A stretch of DNA of 64,000 nucleotides. Origin: Bacteroidales bacterium (GTDB lineage: Bacteria; Bacteroidota; Bacteroidia; Bacteroidales; GCA-2748055). The stretch spans positions 46,850 through 110,849 of the forward strand of contig JAWKKO010000013.1 in the NCBI GenBank assembly GCA_041393235.1, read 5' to 3'. The notes under the pieces are model-generated. The model was not told the origin of the DNA. It ran no database searches and saw nothing but the letters and a program-made list of their open reading frames with translations. How positions within the stretch are numbered: position 1 is the stretch's first letter; each line of letters begins with the position of its first letter. A program made the translations under genes and the position numbers. This document shows positions 30,638-38,200 of this stretch, one piece after another.

Positions 30638-31984
30638 TCACAGCTCGGGTGCCGAGCCGGCGATGGGGATCACGGCCTTCATGTCCACGGGCCCCAGTGC
30701 CAGTTCTCCCTGGGGACCCAGCTTCAGATCGGAACTCATCATTTCCTCCCAGGTCACCATCGCCCCGGTGTAGGCCGATTGCCGGCCCATGATGGCCGTC
30801 AGGTTGGTGCGGGCCGTTTCTTCGGCTTCCACGATCTGGTTGCCCGTGCGGATGGCGGTGACCAGGTCGATGTGCTCCTGCACGTAGGGACTGATCTCGG
30901 TGGATTCCCCGGCTGCGTCGACGGGGGCTTCGTAGGCGTAGAGAACACTGCCGTCGGAACCGTAAATGGTGTTGGTATCCAGGGTGTTCATGTACCCCTT
31001 CGTGCCCCGGATGAATTCACTCACGTTGTTGGCGCAGTCGTTGATCTGGCGGCACATGCTGTGCATGTGGATTTCCCCTTCGTAAACGAAGTCGACGGAG
31101 AAGTTGTCGTAGCAATCCCCGGTGGGTCTCCGCAGGCGGGATCCCATGCCCACGGCGCTGACGGGGGCTTTCCCCAGGAACCAGTTGCTGACGTCGATGT
31201 TGTGGATGTGCTGTTCCACGATGTGGTCGCCGGACAGCCAGGTCCAGTTCACCCAGTCCCGGATCATGAATTCCATCTCGGTCCATCCGCTCTGGTTTTG
31301 CCGGTGCCAGAGCTTGGATTGGTTCCAGTACACATTGGTGGCAACGATGTCCCCCATCATGCCGGCCTTCACCCGGGCCAAAAGGTTGTTGTAATTCCAG
31401 GAGTGGCGGCGTTGGGTGCCGGTCACCACGCAAAGTCCGGCCGCTTCTGCCTGCTTCGAGGCGGCCATCACGGCGCGGGCGCCCACCGGGTCCACCGCCA
31501 CCGGTTTTTCCATGAACACATGCTTGCGCGCTTCCACGCAGGCCTGAAAATGTTCGGGCCGGAAATAGGGAGGGGTGGCCAGGATCACCAGGTCCACATC
31601 CGATTCGATGACGCGCTTGTAGGCATCAAACCCCACAAAGCACTGGGAGTCCTCCAGGACCACATTTTTTTCGTCCTTGAGTTTGGTCCGGATGCCGTCG
31701 ATCCGGTCCTGAAACAGGTCGCCCACCGCGACAATGCTGAGGTTGGGTCCGGCGTTCAGGAAGTCGACGGCGGCACCGCTTCCGCGTCCGCCGCATCCGA
31801 CCACGCCGGCCCGGATGGGTTCGCCGTCCGGAGCGGCGGTAAGAAATTCAGGGGCCACCACCGGGGCGGGTCCTTCTTCCCCGGAACAGGACTTGAGCAA
31901 TTGGGCGGCTCCCAGGACGCCGACCGCTCCGAGGGCTGTGCTTCCCAGGAAGTTGCGGCGGCTGGTTGTGTTGGTCGTTTTCAT
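30638..31984 (-). CDS. Tat-signal Gfo/Idh/MocA-family oxidoreductase
   Basis: ORF 30638..31984. It has a twin-arginine leader MKTTNTTSRRNFLGSTALGAVGVLGA and a Rossmann motif IRAGVVGCGGRGSGAA. ..EKPVAVDP.. is typical of the family. Confidence 0.85.
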   Translation of the reverse strand: MKTTNTTSRRNFLGSTALGAVGVLGAAQLLKSCSGEEGPAPVVAPEFLTAAPDGEPIRAGVVGCGGRGSGAAVDFLNAGPNLSIVAVGDLFQDRIDGIRTKLKDEKNVVLEDSQCFVGFDAYKRVIESDVDLVILATPPYFRPEHFQACVEARKHVFMEKPVAVDPVGARAVMAASKQAEAAGLCVVTGTQRRHSWNYNNLLARVKAGMMGDIVATNVYWNQSKLWHRQNQSGWTEMEFMIRDWVNWTWLSGDHIVEQHIHNIDVSNWFLGKAPVSAVGMGSRLRRPTGDCYDNFSVDFVYEGEIHMHSMCRQINDCANNVSEFIRGTKGYMNTLDTNTIYGSDGSVLYAYEAPVDAAGESTEISPYVQEHIDLVTAIRTGNQIVEAEETARTNLTAIMGRQSAYTGAMVTWEEMMSSDLKLGPQGELALGPVDMKAVIPIAGSAPEL

Positions 31985-32040
31985 GAGTTCAAGGTGTTAG
32001 GTGTTCAGTCGTTGCATTCAGGTTGGTAGAAAAGAAGAGG

Positions 32041-33575
32041 CTAAGGAGTATCGGTTTGGGCGGTGGATTCGTCGTATTCGCACACCACGCGGAATCCCAC
32101 GTAGGTGCAGTCGGAGTACCACCAGACGCTTTTGGGGATCTGGGGATCGGTTTTGAGCCAGGCCTTGGTCCGGGTTGCGTCCCGGGCGGCGCTCCGCACG
32201 CCGTCCGCCCCATTCCTGTAGGATCCCCCCCGGACCACATGTTCCTCCCCGGAGGAGGGGCCCGTCGGATCCTTGACCCCCGTTTCGGGGTATCCGGCAT
32301 AGGCGTGCGGGTCGTACCAGTCGGCGCACATCTCGGCCACATTCCCCAGCATGTTCACGAGTCCGAACGGGTTCTCCATCCGGGCATCCGGTCCGACCGG
32401 ACGGGAGTGGCTGTTTTCGGAATAATTCACAAAGGTGTTGATCCCGGCGGTGTCGATGCCGAACACCTTGTTGCGGAGACCCTGGCGGACAAAACGCCGG
32501 GGGTCGCCCGGGAAGAAATAGGCCCCCCCGGTTCCCCCGCGGGCGGCGTATTCCCATTCAGCTTCGGTGGGCAGGCGGTAGGTTTTTCCGGTGATCTGTG
32601 ACAACCACTGGCAATAGACTTCCGCCGCCCGGTGGGTCATGGTGATGGCCGGCATGCTGCCCTTTCCCCATCCCTGGTCCGGGGCGCCCCACGGGGGGGT
32701 GGGGCCGGAAATGGCGTCCACATCGCCCGGAGTTTCGTTCAGATAGGCATCGGCGGTTTTTCCCTGGGCACCGGTCTGTTTGAAGAAGGCCAGGTATTCG
32801 TCCCAGCTTACCTCGACCCGACCCATGAAGAAGGGGCTGATTTCCACGGCACGGACGGGGCCTTCGTTTTCCAGCCGGAAGGGTTCGTCGGCCGGACTGC
32901 CCATCCGAAAGCTTCCTCCCGGGATGGCCACCATGTCGAACTTCACGGTGGAACCCGGGATGAATTCGGTGTAGTTGGTGTGGCCCGTGACCACGGCGGG
33001 TTCCATGTAGGTTTCGGCGGGGGTGGAGGAGGTGATGCCGAAGTCCGCATTCTTGGCATGCAACCGGTCCGGATCGTAATGCCCCACCGTGATGTGGCAG
33101 TTGATGCAGTGCAATTCATCGCGGTGCTCGTCGTAGTACAGATGGGCATCCTGCCCGTCCTTGCTCAGTCCCAGAGGATAATTGTTGGCATGGCAGGCGA
33201 TGCAGGAGGTTTCGAACACGTGGTCTTTGCGGCAAATTCGACCTGCGATTTTTCATCCCAGTTGAAGCTTTCCGGATCCTCGAAAACTTTTCCCCACACA
33301 TCCCGCAGGCCGGTCCGGGTCTTCTGAACCAGGTAGCCTTCCCCGTGTGGGGGCAAATGACATTGCACGCAATGGACATGGATGCCCCGTTCGTTGTCCA
33401 CATGGGTGGATCGCTTCCAGGTCTGCGTGGCCTGGGGATGGACGTGACAGGCAGCACAAAAATCATCGGTGGAGGTGGCCACCACCGCTTTGTTTCCAAG
33501 GAAGATCACCAGGGCGATGCTGAGCATCCCGGCCAGGAAGAAAAAGCGTTGAATTCGGCGTCGTTTCGGTTTCAT
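32041..33575 (-). pseudogene. Fusion protein: NapC/NirT-type membrane-anchored tetrahaem cytochrome c plus FGE-sulfatase (SUMF1/EgtB/PvdO-like) domain; one homopolymer frameshift as sequenced
   Basis: ORF 33165..33599 (ATG 33575) has a TM anchor FFFLAGMLSIALVIFLG and haem motifs CAACH and CVQCH. ORF 32041..33219 has haem motifs CIACH and CINCH, then ..RLPTEAEWEYAARGG..GNVAEMCADWY..VVRGGSY. The frames join at the T3 run 33226-33228; one more base would give ..EFAAKDHVFETSCIACH.. Confidence 0.8.
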
Positions 33576-33620
33576 ATACAGGGGTTCTAAAGATGACAAA
33601 TTTGCCGAGGATTCGCAAGG

Positions 33621-33632
33621 GCAATCGATTGC
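33621..33632. promoter_or_regulatory. Perfect 12-bp palindrome GCAATCGATTGC in a divergent intergenic region
   Basis: Read directly. It lies between the cytochrome-FGE start (33575, minus strand) and the histidine kinase start (33764, plus strand). Confidence 0.3.
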
Positions 33633-33763
33633 GCAAAGCTATTTAGACCAAATCTATTGTGGGATGGGAAAAACGGCCGGAACGGCCGGAAGTAAACGGA
33701 ATTCCATTACCTTGGGATTTCCTGGCCCGGCCAGGAATGCGACATCACATCAATCAGGGAATC

Positions 33764-35716
33764 ATGGCACATCGAATCCAGAAAGGGCTTGATCTCATCG
33801 GCTTGTCTTTTCCCGGTGTCAAGGAGTGGGACCTCCACCCCCTGACGCTGTCGTTCCGGGGTGATATTGCCGGATTCGAAAAGGAATACCGGGACGACTA
33901 CTTCGACCGGAACCTGAAACCCTACCGTTTTTCCATCCTCCTGTCCTTTCTGTTTTATGATTTTTTTGCCCTGCTCGATCTCTACGCCCTGCCGGAACTG
34001 ATCAAGCCTCTGTGGACCATTCGGTTCGGCATGGTAACGCCCCTGTTTATAGCCGCCATCGTCTATTCCTTTTTTCCCTCCTTCCGGAAATCCATGCAGT
34101 GGGTTCTTGTGGGCATCATGTACCTGGGGGGGCTGGGCATCATCCACATGACCATCTTTGCCTCCCGGGATGCGGGCAACCACACCTACTATGCCGGTCT
34201 CATCCTCATTTTCATTTTCGGGTATTCCTTCATTCGTGCCCGGTTTATGTATGCGAACCTGGCGGGCTGGGCCATCATCGTGTCCTATGAGGTCACGGCC
34301 CTGTTCATCGCAAAGACGCCGATTCAAGTCCTGATCAACAACAACTTTTTTCTTCTCGGTTCCATCATCATCAGCATGTTCATCAGCTACTACATGGAGT
34401 ACAACGACCGGAAAGCCTTTTATCTCAGGAAATTGCTGGTGAACGAGCAGGACAAAGTGAAGGGGGCGAATGCGGCCCTGGAGAGGCGGGTGGCCGAACG
34501 GACCCGCCAGCTGACCCAGACCAACCGGGACCTGATGACGGAGATCGAGATCCGGAGGCAGCGGGAAGAGGAGAAGGCCAAACTGGAATCCCAGTTGCTC
34601 CAGTTGCAGAAGATGCAAACCATCGGCACCCTGGCCGGGGGCATCGCCCATGATTTCAACAACATCCTGACCCCCATCCTGGGCTACACCGACATGGCCC
34701 TGGATGAGGTGGACACCCTGAGCGAACTCTACGACGATCTCAAGCAGGTCAACAACGCGGCCTTGCGGGGGAAAGATCTGGTGCAGCAGATCCTCACCTT
34801 CAGCCGGCAGGTGGACATCGAACGGAAGCCCCTCCGGCTCGACGACCTGGTGAAAGAAACCATGGTTCTGATCAAGGCGTCCCTTCCGCCCCGGGTCCGG
34901 GTGGTGCAGGAGCTGGAAACGGAAAGCGGGTTCATCCTGGCCAACAAGGGGCAGATGCACCAGGTGGTGATGAATCTGTGCACCAACGCCATCCACGCCA
35001 TGAAAGACCAGGCAGAAGGACGATTGCAGGTCCGCCTGTACCGGGAGGAAGAGGAGGAGGGTCCCCGGATCTGCCTCAGCATCGGCGACAACGGGACCGG
35101 GATGGATGCCCGGACCCTCGAACGGATTTTCGAACCGTTTTACACCCAGAAGGAAGTGGGTTCCGGAACGGGTTTGGGATTGTCGGTGGTCCACGGGATC
35201 ATTAGCTCCTACAAGGGCACCATCCGGGTCGAAAGCCAACCGGGCCAGGGAACGGTGTTCCGGGTATCCTTTCCCGCCCATTCGGGATCGGTAGCCGAGC
35301 AGGAGCCAGAGGAGGAAGTGAAACGGGGCAGCGGACACATCCTGCTGGTGGATGACGAGGAGGAGGTGACCATGATGGTGGGCCGGATGCTGCACAGCCT
35401 GGGTTACACCGTCGATGTCCGGGGCGATTCCGGACAGGCGCTGGAAGCGTTTCGAAGCAATCCGGAGGCCTTTGATCTGCTCATCACCGACCAGGCCATG
35501 CCGGAACTGGAAGGCCTGGACCTGGTGGCCTCGTGCAGAGCCATCCGTCCCGATCTGAAAGCCATCCTGATCACCGCGTATCCGGAGGGTCTTTCCCGGG
35601 ACCGGGTCCGGGAAGTGGGCGTCACCCGGGTGATTCCAAAGCCCATCATTTTTCGTAACTTCAGCGCCGGAATCCGGGACGTGCTCACCGGAGAAGGAAC
35701 CAACGAAATGCCATGA
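33764..35716 (+). CDS. Hybrid sensor histidine kinase/response regulator with polytopic N-terminal membrane domain
   Basis: ORF 33659..35716 (ATG 33764; earlier starts are possible). It has about 6 TM helices, a coiled coil, the H-box GIAHDFNNILTPILGY, HATPase motifs (NLCTNAIHAM, DNGTGM, GSGTGLGLSVV), and a receiver domain ILLVDDEEEV..LLITDQAMPELEG. Confidence 0.9.
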   Translation: MAHRIQKGLDLIGLSFPGVKEWDLHPLTLSFRGDIAGFEKEYRDDYFDRNLKPYRFSILLSFLFYDFFALLDLYALPELIKPLWTIRFGMVTPLFIAAIVYSFFPSFRKSMQWVLVGIMYLGGLGIIHMTIFASRDAGNHTYYAGLILIFIFGYSFIRARFMYANLAGWAIIVSYEVTALFIAKTPIQVLINNNFFLLGSIIISMFISYYMEYNDRKAFYLRKLLVNEQDKVKGANAALERRVAERTRQLTQTNRDLMTEIEIRRQREEEKAKLESQLLQLQKMQTIGTLAGGIAHDFNNILTPILGYTDMALDEVDTLSELYDDLKQVNNAALRGKDLVQQILTFSRQVDIERKPLRLDDLVKETMVLIKASLPPRVRVVQELETESGFILANKGQMHQVVMNLCTNAIHAMKDQAEGRLQVRLYREEEEEGPRICLSIGDNGTGMDARTLERIFEPFYTQKEVGSGTGLGLSVVHGIISSYKGTIRVESQPGQGTVFRVSFPAHSGSVAEQEPEEEVKRGSGHILLVDDEEEVTMMVGRMLHSLGYTVDVRGDSGQALEAFRSNPEAFDLLITDQAMPELEGLDLVASCRAIRPDLKAILITAYPEGLSRDRVREVGVTRVIPKPIIFRNFSAGIRDVLTGEGTNEMP

Positions 35717-36096
35717 AGCGGATATTGATCATTGATGACGAAGTTCAGATCCTGATGATGCTGAAGAAAATGCTGGAGCGATCCGGTTACGAAGTGGATC
35801 TGGCGGCCAACGGCCACGAAGGCCTTCGCCTCCTTCAGGAAACCGGAGCGGACCTCGTCATCACCGACATCATCATGCCTGAAAAAGAGGGTCTGGAGAC
35901 CATTCGTGAAATGCAGGCTCTGGAGCCGGGTTTGAAAATGATCGCCATTTCAGGAGGAGGCAAAGTGAACGCGGAATCCTATCTTCAGATGGCCCGGGGG
36001 TTCGGCGCCCAGAAGGTATTGAGCAAACCTTTCACCAAAAAGGAAGTCCTGGACGCCGTTGACAGCCTGCTGGTGTCCGGGGAGGAAGATTCCTGA
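35713..36096 (+). CDS. Single-domain response regulator (CheY-like receiver)
   Basis: ORF 35713..36096. MKRILIIDDEVQILMMLKKML..DLVITDIIMPEKEGLE..AISGG..KPF. It overlaps the kinase stop by 4 nt. Confidence 0.9.
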   Translation: MKRILIIDDEVQILMMLKKMLERSGYEVDLAANGHEGLRLLQETGADLVITDIIMPEKEGLETIREMQALEPGLKMIAISGGGKVNAESYLQMARGFGAQKVLSKPFTKKEVLDAVDSLLVSGEEDS

Positions 36097-36127
36097 AACG
36101 GCAGCTTTTTTTTCCAGATCCGAAAAC

Positions 36128-36958
36128 TCAGAGTGCCGCGGAGTAGGCCACCAGGCTTTTCCACATGCCGGCGTGGGGCGACCCGGCCTTCCGGCTTTCC
36201 TCTTCGGCAAAAGCAATGGTGTTTTCGGTGGAGCACATCTCGTGCTCGCTCATCCATTGTTTCCAGTTGCAGGCGAACCACCGCTGGCCGTTCATTTCCG
36301 TTTCCACGATCATGTTGGACAGGATGGTCACATCGGCCGTGTTCTCCCGGTTGTATTCCAGGGGCATGAAGATTCCCACGGAATCGATTCCCGTCAGTTC
36401 CACAATGGATTTGCTCAGACTCTTCCCGAAATGATAAGGCATGTTCACCGAAGGAATGAGGCCCTCTGAAAATCCGTTTGGAAAAATCTCTCCGAAGGAA
36501 TAGACCTTGAGCAGGTCGGACAGGATGAGGGGATCCTTGCCCGAGACCACCGCGGGCTTCCTTGATTTCAATTGCCCCCGGTAGGTCTCGCCCAGACGGA
36601 TGATGCCCCGCACCGGAATGTGCATGTGGAGGGCCGTGGAAAGTATGATGTTGTTGAACTCAGTGAAAAGCTTGAATATGACGCTGTTGAGATCGATCAG
36701 GTTTTCCTCCTTGTACAATTTGGAGACCAGGATCATGTGTTCGGACAAATTCAGGAATTCCGGTTCGATGACGCCGAACCCCCAGGAATAGTTCTTCTTC
36801 CGGGTTTCGTAGATCTCCTGGGCCACGCGTTCGTAGAAGACCTGGATGGTGGCGATCTCCCCGGAATTCATCAGGTCGTCGAACCCGATGATCTCGATGC
36901 ACGAACTGACTTGTGAATGGGAGAGGATGGGGTCGTTGGCTGGCTCAAACACGCTCAT
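36128..36958 (-). CDS. Hypothetical protein (orphan), lower G+C than its neighbours
   Basis: ORF 36128..36985, ATG 36958 (MSVFEPAND..). I recognise no family. Hand count of 36601-36780 gives 88/180 G+C (49%), against 39/60 (65%) for 35221-35280. Confidence 0.6.
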   Translation of the reverse strand: MSVFEPANDPILSHSQVSSCIEIIGFDDLMNSGEIATIQVFYERVAQEIYETRKKNYSWGFGVIEPEFLNLSEHMILVSKLYKEENLIDLNSVIFKLFTEFNNIILSTALHMHIPVRGIIRLGETYRGQLKSRKPAVVSGKDPLILSDLLKVYSFGEIFPNGFSEGLIPSVNMPYHFGKSLSKSIVELTGIDSVGIFMPLEYNRENTADVTILSNMIVETEMNGQRWFACNWKQWMSEHEMCSTENTIAFAEEESRKAGSPHAGMWKSLVAYSAAL

Positions 36959-36985
36959 TTCCGTTTTTACGAAGGGTATACGCAA

Positions 36986-37012
36986 ACTCCCCGGAAAGGT
37001 TTCCCGGGGAGT
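36986..37012 (-). terminator. Stem-loop downstream of the acetyltransferase-like gene
   Basis: ACTCCCCGGAAA..TTTCC(C)GGGGAGT is a near-perfect 12-bp stem lying 30 nt after stop 37043 on the minus strand. The downstream T-tract is weak. Confidence 0.4.
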
Positions 37013-37042
37013 CGTGTAAAAAGCTGGGGAAGGAGGCTATTC

Positions 37043-38139
37043 CTACACCTTGATGAAGATCTTCTTCTTGTACAAAAACAGGGCCGGCAGAAAGATCACC
37101 AGCATGTACAGAAAGGCATACAGGAAGGAGGCCAGCTTCGGGGCGAACCCGATGCCGGTGAGTCCGTTCATGAAATGGGTGTTGAGCGACTCCCCGCCCA
37201 CGTTCATCCGGTAAAACACCAGGGTGAGCATCCCTGCAAGCACGTAGGAGGTGATGGCGTTGGCCCCGTACACCCGGCCCAGGAAGGTCCACCGGGTATA
37301 ACCCAGCATGTCCACGATCAGGATGCAGGTCGCCAGACCCAGCGTGCCGAGTCCGCCCGTGTACAGCACATAGGAGCTGGTCCAGATGTGCTTGTTGAGG
37401 GGAAAGAACCAGTTCCAGATGCCTCCGGCCAGGAACATGGAAAAGCCGGCCAGGTACATCCAGACCAGACGCTTGTTTTCGTCCTTCACGCTCAGGTACA
37501 ATTTCCCGATGAGCATGCCGATGATGCCGGTCACGATGGCGGGGAAGGTCGACAGAAATCCTTCCGGATCCCAGGTTTCGCGGTAGAGCACCCCCGGCAC
37601 CACGATGCTGTCGAGGTAATTGGCCCAGTTCTTGCCTGCCACGGAAAGATCGGGTTTGCCGATGCCCGGCACCGGTACGTAGGCTACAAAAATCCAGTAC
37701 AGCACCAGGATCACCGCTCCGATGCGGATCTGCTGTTTCCAGTTGGTGTTCAAAAACAACAGGGCGCAGGCCAGGAAAACAAAGGCGATGCGGTGGAGGA
37801 CACCCACAAACCGGATGTGATGAAAATCAAATTCGGGAAAGAGGTGCAACAGGAGGCCCAGAAGATAGATGTTGAAGGCCCGGAGGAAGATTTTCCGGTA
37901 CATTTGTTCTTCGGACTACCGGCCTCGAGCCGTTTGTTGTAGGCCAGGGTGACCGACACGCCGACCATGAAGAGAAAGAAGGGGAAGACCAGGTCGGTGA
38001 GGGTGCATCCGTTCCACTTGGCGTGCAGCAACGGCCAATACACATTGCTCCACGAACCGGGGTCGTTGACGATGACCATGGCGGCGATGGTGAAACCGCG
38101 CAGGGCATCCAAAGCGATGAGGCGTTTCGATTGGTTCAT
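37043..38139 (-). pseudogene. Heparan-alpha-glucosaminide N-acetyltransferase-like (DUF5009/DUF1624) polytopic membrane acyltransferase; one homopolymer frameshift as sequenced
   Basis: ORF 37750..38139 (MNQSKRLIALDALRGFTIAAMVIVNDPGSW..) joins ORF 37043..37903 (YRKIFLRAFNIYLLGLLLHLFP..). The join is at the T3 run 37903-37905, where one more base would give ..SPKNKMYRKIF.. Confidence 0.8.
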
Positions 38140-38156
38140 AGTTCAGGGATAGTTTG

Positions 38157-38164
38157 TAGTTTTG
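38157..38164 (+). promoter_or_regulatory. Candidate -7 promoter box (TAGTTTTG)
   Basis: Exact TAnnTTTG match 37 nt upstream of ATG 38201. Confidence 0.4.
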
Positions 38165-38200
38165 GGGTGGACTAATCTACCAAAGAAAAACGACTACACA

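Noticed and set aside
32041-33599. Annotating the cytochrome and the FGE-domain protein as two separate genes.
   Set aside because: Haem motifs 3 and 4 of the NapC/NirT unit sit at the start of the downstream ORF, and the two frames join exactly at a short homopolymer (33226-33228). A two-haem half-cytochrome followed by a haem-bearing FGE protein is less parsimonious than one fused gene with an indel.
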